Of a stretch of 64,000 nt of DNA, positions 50,534 through 62,380 are shown one piece after another; within the stretch, counting starts at the first letter, position 1, and the number at the start of each line of letters is the position of its first letter. The notes beneath the pieces were generated by a model, which made no database searches, had not been told where the DNA came from, and was given only the letters and a program-made list of their open reading frames with translations. Origin of the DNA: Bacillota bacterium (GTDB lineage: Bacteria; Bacillota; DULZ01); contig JBMNIZ010000003.1 of NCBI GenBank assembly GCA_050951405.1, forward strand, positions 10,111-74,110, written 5' to 3'. Both the position numbers and the translations under genes were made by a program.

Positions 50534-51031
50534 CTATTTCCGCCTCTCATTCACATCATAAAGATGCTTCCACATGATAATGGCATCTTCCCGGGTATCG
50601 CTGTAGTAACCCTTGCGAATTCCTGCAGCCACAAAACCCAATTGCCGGTACAGTTTTTGAGCCACTTTATTGGAGGGCCGCACTTCCAGAGTGATCTTTT
50701 CCGCTCCTAGACACACCGCCTGGCGCATGATTTCCATTAATAATAACTTGCCCAACTTGCGACCGCGAAAATGAGGGTGGATGGCAATGTTGGTCACATG
50801 GGCTTCATCCAGAATAATCCACATCCCCGCATAACCCACCACCCGGCCCTCTTTCAGGCAAACATAGTAATAAGCAAACTGATTGTCAAATAGTTCTCCC
50901 AAAAAGGCGCTGCGAGACCAAGGAGTGGGAAAAGAAACTTTCTCAATGGCCAAGACCTCATCCAAGTGACTTTCTCCCATGGGAACTATCCGATAAAGAT
51001 CCTTTTCCAATTCTATCGATGCCGCTGCCAT
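50534..51031 (-). CDS. rimI: ribosomal-protein-alanine N-acetyltransferase
   Basis: 165 aa GNAT (RGRKLGKLLL), in the rimI position of the tsaE-tsaB-rimI string. Confidence 0.85.
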   Translation of the reverse strand: MAAASIELEKDLYRIVPMGESHLDEVLAIEKVSFPTPWSRSAFLGELFDNQFAYYYVCLKEGRVVGYAGMWIILDEAHVTNIAIHPHFRGRKLGKLLLMEIMRQAVCLGAEKITLEVRPSNKVAQKLYRQLGFVAAGIRKGYYSDTREDAIIMWKHLYDVNERRK

Positions 51032-51714
51032 TTCAGCTCAGCCTCCGAAGGACGAATATAAAAAGGCTTTAACGTAGATAGATCCTCCGCCAACCCTTTT
51101 TTCAGGCGTTCCAACCCCAGCCAGGCCAGATTGGCCGCTCGGGGCAAGTTTTGCAAGGGAGAAGCCAGCCGTGCCCTCTCCCCCAGAGCTTCCAGGAAAT
51201 ACCGGCCATAGGCGTCTACTCCGTCCCCCACGAAAGTAACGGTGCCCTGCCAGCGGGAAAGCATATCCACCAGCTGTGCCGGCGCGATGGCCTGAAAATC
51301 TTCACAGCGCTTTAAAACACCCTGATCAGTGAAAGTGTAAAGGGAAACATATACCTCATTTCTTCTGGCATTTAGAACAGGGCAAATTAAACCTGGGTTG
51401 CCCTGCAGATTCATGGCCAGGCTGTCCAGGGTGGAGACGGCGGCCACCGGTTTTTGGCAGGCAAAAGCCAGGCCCTTGACTGTTGCCATACCTATCCGCA
51501 AGCCGGTAAATGAACCCGGTCCGGCGGAAACCACCAAGCCGTCCACATCCGCCAAATCCATTTCCGCCTCTTCCAGCATTTGAGCCAACATGGGCATGAG
51601 GCGCTGGGAATGGGTTTTTCTTGTGTTTAAGGTCACTTCCGCTATTACTTTCTCCTCTTCCGCCAAGGCAATCCCTGCCACGGTGGTAGCACTTTCTATT
51701 CCGAGCACTCGCAA
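51013..51714 (-). CDS. tsaB: tRNA threonylcarbamoyladenosine biosynthesis protein TsaB
   Basis: 233 aa, begins [17 protein letters not shown]..., with [11 protein letters not shown]. Confidence 0.9.
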   Translation of the reverse strand: MRVLGIESATTVAGIALAEEEKVIAEVTLNTRKTHSQRLMPMLAQMLEEAEMDLADVDGLVVSAGPGSFTGLRIGMATVKGLAFACQKPVAAVSTLDSLAMNLQGNPGLICPVLNARRNEVYVSLYTFTDQGVLKRCEDFQAIAPAQLVDMLSRWQGTVTFVGDGVDAYGRYFLEALGERARLASPLQNLPRAANLAWLGLERLKKGLAEDLSTLKPFYIRPSEAELKWQRHR

Positions 51715-52190
51715 CTTGTTTTCAACTCCTCCAGCAAGCGGCCATAAATCCCGGAACCCTGCTGGCTGATCACCAGGCGCCGCCCTTCGGCCAAATCACC
51801 GGTTCTGGTCAGATGAATTTCCAAATAATCGTCCGGAAGCCACCGGGCAATGTTCTCCGGCCATTCCACCGCCGTCACGCCCGTTCCATAAAAGTACTCT
51901 TCCAGTCCCAGCCCATCAATTTCAGAAGCCTTTTCCAGCCGGTATGCATCCACATGGTAAAGGGGCAACCGCCCCGGGTACTCGTGGATGAGAGTAAAAG
52001 TAGGACTAGTAACCGGGACCGAAATCTCCAATCCTTCCGCTAATCCCTGGATAAAAGTCGTCTTGCCGGAACCCATTTCTCCCCTGACCAGGATGACATC
52101 ACCCGGCCGGACCAGTCTCCCCAGAGACTGTCCGATTCTCTTCGTGTCAGCAGGGCTGTGGGATAATGCAGTAAATACCAAATCTTTCAT
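51696..52190 (-). CDS. tsaE: tRNA threonylcarbamoyladenosine biosynthesis ATPase TsaE
   Basis: GEMGSGKTTF P-loop and HVDAYRL motif. ATG taken at 52190. Confidence 0.9.
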   Translation of the reverse strand: MKDLVFTALSHSPADTKRIGQSLGRLVRPGDVILVRGEMGSGKTTFIQGLAEGLEISVPVTSPTFTLIHEYPGRLPLYHVDAYRLEKASEIDGLGLEEYFYGTGVTAVEWPENIARWLPDDYLEIHLTRTGDLAEGRRLVISQQGSGIYGRLLEELKTSCECSE

Positions 52191-52237
52191 CCTTCCCCCC
52201 GGATCTCTGTGGTTATTATTACCATCGGCATCAATAA

Positions 52238-52933
52238 TCAAACCTGATGTTCTCTTGCACCATAAGCCTTGTTCACCACCAGATAAAAATCAGCCCACCA
52301 CTGTTTCTTCGCTTCCAACAGGTCATTTCCTGCCTGCCTCAAAAGATAGGCCGGATGATAAGTGGGAAGTACAGGGATGCCATTATACTCAAGCCATCGG
52401 CCCCTTTCCGCTTTAATGGACTTAAAGCCGGGCCAGAAAAACTGAGCAGCCACCCTTCCCAGGGCTAAAATAGCCCGGGGGCGGATTAGGCGAATTTCCG
52501 CCTGCAAAAAATAACTGCAGGCCTTGGTTTCCTCGAAATTTGGTGTCCTGTTATTGGCAGGCCGGCACTTTAATACGTTCGTAATATAAATATCCTCTCT
52601 TTTTAACCCCAACTTGCCCAGCACCAAAGTCAGAAGAGCTCCTGATATCCCCGTAAAAGGAACTCCCACTCGGTCTTCATCGAAACCGGGGCCTTCCCCT
52701 ACCAACATCAGAGGGCTGAGCACATAACCCGCACCGGGTACCCGTTGTTTGCTGGCCCTGGTATCCAAGCCAAAAGGGCAGCGGCGACAAGTAAGGATCT
52801 GGCGGCGAAGGGCGGACCAGTAAGCCTCCTTCTTGAGAGACAATACCGCCTGATCCACGTCTTCCGGGTTGTAACCATCTTCCACCAGGCGCCTTTTAAT
52901 TTCCTCCAACATCTGGGGAAGCCATCCTGACAT
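52238..52933 (-). CDS. uracil-DNA glycosylase, family 4
   Basis: CRRCPF, GEGPG and HPAYLLR motifs. ATG taken at 52933. Confidence 0.85.
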   Translation of the reverse strand: MSGWLPQMLEEIKRRLVEDGYNPEDVDQAVLSLKKEAYWSALRRQILTCRRCPFGLDTRASKQRVPGAGYVLSPLMLVGEGPGFDEDRVGVPFTGISGALLTLVLGKLGLKREDIYITNVLKCRPANNRTPNFEETKACSYFLQAEIRLIRPRAILALGRVAAQFFWPGFKSIKAERGRWLEYNGIPVLPTYHPAYLLRQAGNDLLEAKKQWWADFYLVVNKAYGAREHQV

Positions 52934-53026
52934 GATTACCACGACCTTTATGAAGATTAACCTGATAAGAAAGACAAAGCAAAAACCCATCGATGATGGG
53001 TTTAAGCTCCTGGAACAGGATCTGAC

Positions 53027-53408
53027 TTAAAATCTTTTCTCTGAATTGCCGGTTAGTGTCTCCACATACTGGAGCAGCTGGTTTAAATCCAAAGGCTTCA
53101 CCAGGCAGTCCACCGCTCCCAGCTCCAGCAACTGAGAAATTTTTTCCTCATCCGCATAGGCTGTCATCATCAGCACCTGTTGCTCCGGACAGATCTCCTT
53201 CATCCTGGCCAAAGCCTCCACGCCGTCCATTACCGGCATTTTCACGTCCATGAGCACCAGATCCGGCTGGTGATCGACCATCAAAGCCAAGGCCTCTTCT
53301 CCATTACTGGCCAAATAGGTGACCATCCCCTTGCTCTGTAAAAAAAGTCTCCAGCAGTTGTCGGACACCTTTTTGGTCATCTACAACCAGGATCCGGCTT
53401 GGCGCCAC
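53027..53408 (-). pseudogene. single-domain (Spo0F/CheY-like) response regulator with a +1 frameshift in an A7/T7 run
   Basis: GTG 53408 gives VAPSRILVVDDQKGVRQLLETF. It then shifts at the homopolymer 53340-53346 into LQSKGMVTYLASNGEEAL...DVKMP...KP. Confidence 0.75.
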
Positions 53409-53488
53409 TTCTTACCCTCCCAGAAAAACCCTGTTTCCTTTCTCTGCTTTTATTCGACGAATAGCTACAAATCCCTGTAAACATCGCC

Positions 53489-54666
53489 TCATTTTCCCAA
53501 ATTTTTTTCCGCAAAAACCAGCTGTCCCTCAATGAACACTTTGGTGATCTGAGTTGATATTTCCAAGGGAGAACCGTCTAAGACAATCAAATCCGCATCT
53601 TTCCCCACTTCAATGCTTCCCACACGCGAACTCACTCCAAGAATCTCTGCCGCATTGATGGTCACAGCCTTCAAGGCTTCCTCTTCTTCCATCCCTTCCT
53701 TGACAGCCAGAGCGGCGCAAATAAGGAGATATTGCACGGGAATAGCAGGGTGATCAGTCATCAGAGCCACCTTTACCCCAGCCCCGGCCAAAATGCCCGG
53801 ATTCCGAAAAGTGTTGTTTTGCAGCTCCACTTTGGCCCTGCTGATCAAATTCGGCCCCACCACCACCGGAATATTCCGGCTGGCAATTTCCTGACAGATG
53901 AGATATCCCTCGGTACAATGGTCCAACACCAAAGGCAGTTGAAATTCCTCAGAAATTCTGATGGCCGTCATAATATCATCAGCCCGGTGCACATGCGCCC
54001 CGTAAAGGTATTTCCTCCTTCCAGAACTCGAACTAATGACTCCAATCTTAAATCCCGCTCCGGTGCCTTTTGGGGGTCTTCCCATCCTTTTTTCCGCTTC
54101 TCCCGGTATTCCTGTGCCTTGACCAAATTTTCCCTTAAAAGCGCTGCGATCGCCATTCTGGTCGCCGGCATCTTTTTTTGGTCTCCATAGACCCTTTTGG
54201 GATTTTCCCCCAAAGCAATCTTCAGCCCCGCCGGATGGCCGCAAAACCATCTTATCTACAACTTGTCCATAAGTTTTCATAACCAAGCTTTCTCCGGCGA
54301 TTATATTGGCGCTTCCCGGCCCGGTACAAACAGTGGTCACCCCCCCCTTGCCGAGCGTCTTGAAAAGCTTTATCAAAAGGGTTGACCGCATCTATTGCCC
54401 GTAGGTGAGGGGTCACCGGCTCAGTATACTCATTCAAATCATTGCCCTCAATGCGGTAGATTTCTTCGGCTATTCCCACATGGCAGTGAGCATCAATCAG
54501 GCCCGGCATGACCGTCTGTCCCTCTAAATCGATGATTTCCGCTTCCGGCGAAATATTAACCTGGGTCCCCCACTTCTTTGATTTTTCCTTCCGCAATCAA
54601 GATGGTACCCCGGCTGAAATCTTTACCGGCCATGGTCAAGATCCGCCCATTGGTCAATGCCAGCAT
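53489..54666 (-). pseudogene. amidohydrolase-family protein (metal-dependent hydrolase), multiple frameshifts
   Basis: MLALTNGRILTM... // ...MPGLIDAHCHVG... // ...ALGENPKRVYG... // ...GAHVHRADDI...VKVALMTDHP...GKDADLIVLD, read across at least 4 frame changes. Confidence 0.7.
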
Positions 54667-54679
54667 TCTGTCCCCTCCT

Positions 54680-55544
54680 TCAGTTGGGATTAATAACACC
54701 GCTCATCCTCGTGATAACTAAACCTTTTTGTTCCAATACTCTAATAATACCGTTAATCCCAACAGAATCGCTGGCCATATGGCCGGCCACGATTACATTG
54801 CCCAGGTTCTGTTCTTTTACTGCTTTGATTACCTCTTCCGGCATATGCATGACCACCAAAGTGCCTACACCCGCCTCAAAATACGCCCTGGCCCACCTCC
54901 TTGCCGCCGCCGGTACCACCCGCCATGGTCACCCAGACTCTGCCGGCGTAACTGTCCTCCGTACCCACCCTGCACCTTGGGGCCGGCCGGCTGTCCTGGC
55001 ATACTCAGGCATCTCCCGTAAGAAACTGATGACATCCCCCACAGTTGCTTTAGCGTAAGCTTTTAAAGATCGGTCCAGGTGTTTCTGCACCGTGCTTTCC
55101 GCGATAATGTCAGCCGGCGTATGGGATGGCAATAAAAGTCATTTCCAGAACCCGAGCCGCCGCTGCGGCCCGGTCGTAATTGCCTGCGTGTAAAGATCTC
55201 TCCACCTCATCTTTTCTCTCAGACAGCGCCTTTTGGGCTTTATTGATGGGCACACCCTGCCTGGACCATCCTGCCAATCTGGTTTTCCATCACCTGATAG
55301 AGGTTGACCATGGGGTGGCCTCCCTTGGGGTGGTGAGTGATCACCGCATCATAGCCCAGCTGCTTGGCAATGATAATCTCCGCCGCTTCCATGTCCACAC
55401 CAAACATGGCCCGCCGGATGGGGCGGCCCGTATCAAAAATAACGCCGGAATCCTCCGGCACATCTGCCAGGCCGGCCGCCTCCAAAGCCACCTGGACCAT
55501 CTCCTGTGCCTCGAAGCAAAATAAAAGACCTCCCATTTTCCCAT
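54680..55544 (-). pseudogene. NIF3-like (dinuclear metal centre) family protein, multiple frameshifts
   Basis: Fragments ...AMFGVDMEAAEIIIAKQLGYDAVITHHP... and ...VAGHMASDSVGINGIIRVLEQKG lie in different frames. The family call is tentative. Confidence 0.4.
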
Positions 55545-55570
55545 ATGATCATATTAGGACATTCGCCCTT

Positions 55571-56329
55571 TTAGGAGGAGATTCCTTTTACCCTTAGCAA
55601 TTTTCTGTCGCTTCCTGCAAGAAAGGCCAGGAAAGATCCGCTGTCTGCCGAGGGATCCCTCTCCCACATCCTTTCCGGATGCCACTGCACTCCCAAAAGA
55701 AAACCCCTGTCTCCCGCCTCCCTCCAGGGCCTCAATCACACCATCCAGTAGCCCGGGCTGCCACTTGTTAATGCCGGGACCAACCAGCTTTCACCCCCTG
55801 GTGGTGAAAGCTGTTCACCTGGCAGCAGGTCTCCCTCCATCATCGCAGGCCAGCCTGGATCCCTCTTTCCAGCACCACCTGATGGGATGGGAGACCAGCG
55901 GGGACCAGACTGCCTGTGCTCCAGGACTTGGCCCTTTTGCGATGGGCAGGTCCTGAAAGAGGCTGCCCCCTGCCGCCACGTTCAGCACCTGGAGCCCCCG
56001 GCAGATACCCAACACGCGGCTTGGACCTGGACATCATCTCCCGGCACAACTCCAGTTCAAACCAGTCCCTTTCCGGCGTGACCTTGCCCAGACCCTCAAC
56101 GGGTGCTTCCCCATAGTAATGAGGGCTGATGTCTCCTCCGCCGGTCAGGAGCAGCCCGTCGATCAGCTCCCCATAGTCCCCGATGGCCTGCCGGCCACCA
56201 GCTGACGGCCGGGAGCAGCACAGGCAGCCCTCCGGCGGCCAGCACCGCTTCCCCGTAATGCCGGTAAACATAGTATGTATCAGCTTCCTGTGAGCAAGTC
56301 AGAGCCGATCACCGGTTGCACTCCACCAT
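55571..56329 (-). pseudogene. class I glutamine amidotransferase / peptidase C26 (PuuD-like), multiple frameshifts
   Basis: Fragments LLTGGGDISPHYYGE, GICRGLQVLNVA and GVQWHPE lie in three frames. Confidence 0.6.
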
Positions 56330-56486
56330 CCCCTCCTTCCTGTCACACTGGGAAGGCAACTCAATCGCGGCTTTTCTCCCCAGCTCCCTTTCATCATATT
56401 CCCGACAGCCCATCCACCTTTCCTTATCCCCAACAAAAAAATGCCTTCCGCTCCATGCGGAGGCATCAAGATCAGATACCGCTCCC

Positions 56487-56846
56487 TCATATTTCTTCCA
56501 GGCCCAGGCTGGATGGCCAGGGCCTGGTCCACCTGCTCCATAATCTCCTCCTCCAGAAAAGCCACTTTCTGCTTCAGAGCGGCTTTTATCGATGGTTCTG
56601 ATCTGCTCGGCTCAAAATCACCGAATCCCGCTCCAGGCCACTCTGAACGGCACTTACTTCCACATGGGTCGGCAGCTTCGCCCTTGAAAATCTGGGAAGT
56701 AATGGCCGCCCACAATGGTGGTAGGGACTGTATTGATTGCCGATATGTCATTTTGAATGACCAAGACAGGGCCGGGTTCCTCCCTGTTCAGAACCCACCA
56801 CCGGATTCAACTGTGCAAAAAAGATGTCGCCCCTTTTAATCAGCAT
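56487..56846 (-). pseudogene. mazF: MazF/EndoA-type endoribonuclease toxin, frameshifted
   Basis: MLIKRGDIFFAQLNPVVGSEQGGTRP... then AAITSQIFKG... then ...DQALAI..LGLEEI, in shifting frames. The ATG lies 2 nt after the antitoxin stop. Confidence 0.72.
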
Positions 56847-56848
56847 CG

Positions 56849-57139
56849 TCACTTACACTCCGCCAGCTTATCTTCAAAATACCCCTGCACCTCGTTTTCC
56901 ACTTCATAGTGTTCCGCAGCCAGCTTCAGATTGATCTGAGCCATTTCCTGATAGCCTTTCTTCATCTGATCCCGGATTTTCCGCCGCTTTTTTTCGGAAA
57001 TATAAAGCTTCATCGCCTCCCGGATAAACTCGCTGCGATTACGCTTTTCCACGGAAGCTAAACCGTCCACTTCCTCCAACAGCTTCTCAGGAATACTGAT
57101 CATGATCCTCTTCACACCGGACACCGGATGCACCTCCAA
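56849..57139 (-). CDS. ribbon-helix-helix antitoxin (EndoAI/MazE-like)
   Basis: 96 aa, intact: IMISIPEKLLEEVDGLASVEKRNRSEFIREAMKLYISE. Confidence 0.8.
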   Translation of the reverse strand: MEVHPVSGVKRIMISIPEKLLEEVDGLASVEKRNRSEFIREAMKLYISEKKRRKIRDQMKKGYQEMAQINLKLAAEHYEVENEVQGYFEDKLAECK

Positions 57140-57297
57140 CGCTTACCTATTTGCCTCCAAGAAGGCACGGGTATTTTCTCCTGACGATACTCACTCAAGA
57201 TTATACTTCATTATAGCATTCCTGCTGGACTATGCAAGCGTTGCCAGGGCTGTTTCCGCCGATAAAAGGACCTTTAAGGCTCTTTACCCTTGGTAAT

Positions 57298-58940
57298 TTA
57301 AGGAATGGGAAAAATCCTCAGCAGCCGATCATTAATCCGCTTCCCCTGAGGGGGCTTTTTTTCTTCCAAATCAAGAAAAACGGACGGAAGATAATCAAAA
57401 GATCCCCTGCAGAAAGGGCCATGAGCCCTTGCACAGAGGCTGCCCGATCCCCGGCAGCGCCGTGGGCATAAACCCCGATGCACTGCAGCCGCCAAAGGAT
57501 CCAAACCCTGCCCCAACAAGGCCTGCAATCATACCTGCCAGCACATCTCCCGAACCGCCGGTGGCCATGCCTGGGATTGCCGGTCATGTTCACCAAAAGT
57601 TCCCCCCTGGGGACCCCCTACCAAGGTCCTAGCCCCTTTCAGCACCACCACCGCCCCCCACTGGCGAGAGGCCTCCCGGACCACCTGCACCCGGTTCTGT
57701 CTGCACCCTCCCGGGGGGAAGTCCCTAACAGTCTGGCCCATTTCGCCCTGGGTGGGGGGGTCAAAACCAAAGGGGCGCTGTAGGGACGCCAGCATTTCCG
57801 GTGCCTCAGAGACAATATTGAGGGCATCCGCATCAAGAACCAGGGGCTGGGTCAATTGGGGCAGCAGAGATCTTGATCGAGAGAAGCCGTGCTGGGATGT
57901 TCCGACATGCCCGGGCCCAGAAGAATGCAGGAAGCCTTTTTCCCCAGGCTCAAGATACGACTTCCAGACCTCTCCAGCGCCGATACTGGCCTGCTTCTGT
58001 CTCCGGCAGGGGCCTGGTCATGATTTCGGTGGTTTTCATCTCCAAGATGGGGTGCAGTGACCTGGGCACAGCTGCCGTGACCAAACCGGCCCCGGACCTG
58101 AGGGCGGCGGCCGCTGCCAGGGAAATGGCCCCGGTCAACCCTTCCGCACCACCCACGGCCAGAACATGCCCAAAGGTCCCTTTGTGAGAAGCCAGGCTCG
58201 CGTTACGGGCCGGAAGCCGGGCAGAGCACCAGTGAGCGGTGATCAGATGTTTCTTGGCCTTTTTCGGATAAAACCGGAGGCAAGGAAATATCCCCAACCC
58301 AGAGCTCTCCCTACAGAGGAAGAAGCCGGTTCCAGAGCAAAGGCCGATTTTCGGGCACCCGAAGGTGATGGTGGCATCGGCCTGCACAGCAGGCCCCCCC
58401 GCCAGTCCTGTATCAGCATCCAGCCCGGAAGGCACATCCACGGCGATCACCGGACAGCCGCTGCCGTTAATGGCCCCGATCACCCGAGCCCCTGATCCCT
58501 GCTGGCCTTGCCCCTGAAGCCCGTCCCATAGATGGCATCAACTACCAGATCCGCCCGCATCAAGGAAATATCGGCCTTCTGCACATCCTTTTCCTCCAGA
58601 AGCAGGTGAAACCTTCCCCTCCATCTTTGCTAGAATCCGGTAATTGGCCAAGGGCATCACCCCTTCAATTCTTCCGGGACGGCAGAGAAGAAAGACCTTC
58701 ACCTCGGCCCCGGCCTTTTGCAGGAGCCGGGCTATGGCCAGACCGTCCCCCCCGTTATTACCCTTACCGGCAAAAACAAGCACCTGCTTTCCCGGCCAGC
58801 CCGCCCGGGAACAGAGGTCCCGGCATACTCCGCCACCCGCAGATGCAGCGTTCTCCATCAGCACCAGACCGGGAATGCCGAAATCTCTCGATGGCCTCTT
58901 TATCCAGCAGGGCCATCTCTTCTTTGGTAACCAGATACAT
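57298..58940 (-). pseudogene. nnr: bifunctional NAD(P)H-hydrate repair enzyme Nnr (YjeF), many frameshifts
   Basis: [32 protein letters not shown]..., GKGNNGGDGLAIARLL, ...HKGTFGHVLAVGG..., ...GDVLAG... fragments scattered over all three frames. The 3' end is approximate. Confidence 0.65.
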
Positions 58941-58994
58941 CCTCTTCCCCTCCATTCCTTCCTGTCCATTAGAGAACTAGCAAAAAGATCTGAT

Positions 58995-59370
58995 CATTCA
59001 GCCACCACCACGGCCACGGCCACGGTCCCGCTGTGAGCTCAGGCTGATCTGCCAGCCGCTGATGCCCTTTCCTCCCCGGCCAGGGCCAGGGCTCCGACCG
59101 TGCAGTCGTAAATCCTGGTTTGCCTCCAGGCCTTCTGATTACTTCTATATCCTGCCAGCGGCAACCTCCCAGGCCGATACCCAACGCTTTCATCACCGCC
59201 TCTTTGGCCGCAAACCGGGCCGCCAAATGAGGGCCAGGGGTTCCTCTTCCCCAGGCAGTAACGCAGCTCCGCTAGCGGAAAAAAGCCGCCCTGCCAGGCG
59301 GGGCCTCCGCTGGATCGCTTTTTTCAGTCTGATGATTTCGAAAATATCCGTCCCAATTCCTTTAATCCAT
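58995..59370 (-). pseudogene. acpS: holo-[acyl-carrier-protein] synthase, at least 4 frameshifts
   Basis: M.KGIGTDI.EIIRLKKAI..., [20 protein letters not shown] and [16 protein letters not shown] can be read only by switching frames repeatedly. Confidence 0.72.
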
Positions 59371-59537
59371 TCTTCGCCCCTGCTCCTTTGTTTCCCTTGC
59401 AGACTTGCTTCATTTTCTTTTCTCTCTGAAAGACAGATAACCTCCTTTAATCCCGGCTCTCTTCTCTCCCGGGGGGAAATTTAGTGATTGACAGGAAGAA
59501 AGCTGTACCCGGTAACATCTAAGTAGACGAGAAACCA

Positions 59538-60932
59538 TTGGCAGACAGCAACGGGAAAGTAAAGGTGGTGAACCAGTTGCACCGAAAAGCTGGCCCTCTT
59601 CTCCCGCTATTCCCTGCCGTTATTACCCTGGTTCAATTGGGCCTGATCAAAGCTGCCGGGTCCCATCTTGGCTTATTTGGCATTGCTTTGTTTTTGTTAA
59701 ACCTGGGAATGGTTTACCTGATACAAAATGTTTCCCGCCCTCAATTAGCTCGTGCCCAGTCTGCAGTGGAAACAGCCACCATCGATTCTATACTCTGCAA
59801 ATTGCCCATGAGACCTTACCCTTCTTACGGCGAGGATTAAACGAAGACACAGCCCGCCAAACAGCAGAAATTATTCAAAAAATCAGCGAAATGGCTGCTG
59901 TGGCCATCACCGACCGGGAAAAAGTCCTGTCCTTTATCGGTGTGGGATGTGATAAGCACCTGCCGGGAGAAAAAATCCTTACTGAGGCTACCAGGCAGGT
60001 TATCAGCAGCGGTCACTATAAGGTTGTCCCTGATACTACCGCCCTGAGACTGTACCCGTTTTGACTCTTGTGAATGTCCTTTGGGTTCGGCAGAGTAATT
60101 GTACCCTTGACCAATAAAGGTCAAGTCTGCGGGACTCTAAAATTATATTCTACTCCTCATGGTCCGCCGGCCGGCCATGTATTACGGCTGGCCATCGGTA
60201 TTGCCCAACTATTGAGTATTCAAATGGAACTGGCGGAGTTGGACCGTCAAACCCAGTTAATAACCCTGGCCAAACTAGATGCGCTCCATGCCCAAATCAA
60301 CCCCCATTTTTTCTTCAATACCCTGAACACCATTGTTGCCTACAGCAGGACCGATCCGGAAAAAACCAGGCAATTACTCATTCACCTGGCAGAATTATTC
60401 CGCAAAACCTTAAAACGCCAGGGGCATTACATTACCCTCCGGGAAGAACTAGAGTGTGTGGATACCTATTTCGCCCTGGAAGAAGCTCGTTTTGGCGACA
60501 AGATCAGACTCATGCAAGAAATAGATGATTCTCTCCTGGATTATGAAATACCCGTATTAAGCATCCAACCCCTGGTAGAGAACGCAGTTAAACATGGCCT
60601 GACCCCGAAAAATGGGGCCGGGTACGGTTAAAATATTTGGAGAGGTCAAAGCCCGGGAGTTAAGGATCACCATTTCCGACAATGGAGTAGGCATACCCAG
60701 GAATGTACTCCCCATGATTTTAACACCCGGGTACGGTTCTGGTAACGGGGTGGGGTTATCCAATGTCCACGAACGCTTCAAGAGTCTTTACGGTGAAAAC
60801 TACGGCTTGCTCATCCAAAGCAGGGAAGGAACGGGGACCTGGATTACTCTCCGTGTCCCTCTCCTCCCATTCTACCTTGAAAACCTCCATTGCCAGTGCA
60901 CTTTAGGATGTACTATCTCTTCCCTCCAATAG
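59538..60932 (+). pseudogene. LytS/YehU-type sensor histidine kinase, frameshifted
   Basis: His_kinase motif (LHAQINPHFFFNTLNTI) and HATPase_c (PLVENAVKHG...DNGVGI...GVGLSNV) are split over at least 3 frames. No LytTR regulator gene is adjacent. Confidence 0.65.
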
Positions 60933-61479
60933 CCCTTCCAGGGTTTTCGTATACACATCCGAATCCCTGGGACCTGAAGAGAACAAAACGGACTTCCAGA
61001 AAAACCGGCCAGGTCTCCAGGCACTCAATCACCGTAGTCAGGGCAATTCTTGCGGCCTGTTCCAGGGGAAACCGGTAGGCGCCGGTACTGATGGAAGGAA
61101 AAGAAACGGTGGTAATGCCCTTCTCGTGGGCCAGGCGGAGACTGTTATAGTAGGCATTTCCCCAGCAGGGCATCTTCTCCCTGTTGTCCACCCGGACCAG
61201 ACCGGTCCTACGGTATGAATCACATAATCAGCTTTCAAGCTCCCACCACCCGTAAGGACCGCCTCCCCTGTGGGACACCCCCCGGTCTCTTCTCTAATCC
61301 GGGCACATTCTTCGGCAATAGACGGTCCCCCCCGCCCGGTGAATGGCCCCGTCTACGCCGCTTCCTCCCCAAAGCCCCTGATTGGCCGCATTGACAATGG
61401 CCTGAGTATCCTGTTCCGTAATATCCCCCATCACCAGGGACAATTTAGTAGAACCAATATAGACTTCCATAGTTACCAC
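60913..61479 (-). pseudogene. macro-domain (ADP-ribose/O-acetyl-ADP-ribose hydrolase) protein, frameshifted
   Basis: [35 protein letters not shown]..., ...[12 protein letters not shown]... and ...[13 protein letters not shown] lie in different frames. Confidence 0.65.
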
Positions 61480-61630
61480 CCTCCTTTGCCAAACCCTTCC
61501 GGGGATAACCTGTCCTTCCAGATGTTAACTCTTTTTTAATCGTAACACTATCTTTTTTCCCTGTCCAGTACCAGACAACCTGTTTGAAAAAACCAATGCC
61601 GGCTTCATAGCCGGCACCAGCACCAATTCA

Positions 61631-61829
61631 TTATGTGGTTTCCTTCAGGTCATCAAATAACATAAAAATACCGTAGATACCTCCCAGTCCAACCAGGGTA
61701 TAAACGGCCCTGCTTAGCCAGGAAGTTGTGCCACCAAAAAGCATGGCAACCACGTCAAATTGAAACAGGCCCCACCAGCAACCAGTTCAAAGCTCCAATA
61801 ACCATAAGAATTAGGGCTGCTTTTGCCAT
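61631..61829 (-). pseudogene. DUF378-type small membrane protein with one frameshift (G4 run)
   Basis: MAKAALILMVIGALNWLLVG then, one base out of frame, FQFDVVAMLFGGTTSWLSRAVYTLVGLGGIYGIFMLFDDLKETT. The span is 199 nt, not a multiple of 3. Confidence 0.6.
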
Positions 61830-61953
61830 TTTTTGTACCTCCTTTCCAGCAATAGGTTTTCCCATTTCCCAAAAAAATATAAGCCGGCCTTAAAGCCTGG
61901 CTTATATTTCAGCCTTCTATACTATTAAATTACTTTTCCCCCTTAAATCATCC

Positions 61954-62289
61954 TCAACCGGCATGTGGGGCGGAAATGGCCACGAAGACCAGGGGTTTAT
62001 CTCCCGTACACCTGCCTCCATGAATATCCCCCTTGGCCGCCACCGCCACCATTCCCGGCTCCACAGGATGTGTCTCCCCGTTACCAAGGTAGTATTCCCC
62101 TTCTCCCTCCAAGATGATCCAGACATCATCAGTCCCGGGATGGAAGTGAGCCGGCAACTCCTCACCTGGAGGTATGTACCAGACTACTCCATTACTCCTG
62201 GCATTTTCATAAAATACGGTCTTGGTGGCCTGATCCCTGGTCCCTACCTTCCCCACAATCTCCCTCACAGAAAACAACCGTTGCACCAT
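61954..62289 (-). CDS. cupin-domain protein
   Basis: 111 aa, intact, with a metal motif (HFHPGTDD...GEG...H). Confidence 0.72.
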   Translation of the reverse strand: MVQRLFSVREIVGKVGTRDQATKTVFYENARSNGVVWYIPPGEELPAHFHPGTDDVWIILEGEGEYYLGNGETHPVEPGMVAVAAKGDIHGGRCTGDKPLVFVAISAPHAG

Positions 62290-62380
62290 TACCAGTCATC
62301 CTTTCTTTTTTTTAATACTCTACTCCCCCAACTATCTTCAAGAAAGTACTGACTTGATTTTGGCCGCCAACCCTGACACT

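Noticed and set aside
57341-57368. Plus-strand terminator-like CCCCTGAGGGGG followed by a T-run
   Set aside because: It lies within or at the 3' end of the minus-strand nnr reading frames, and no plus-strand gene ends there. The stem is only 4-5 bp.
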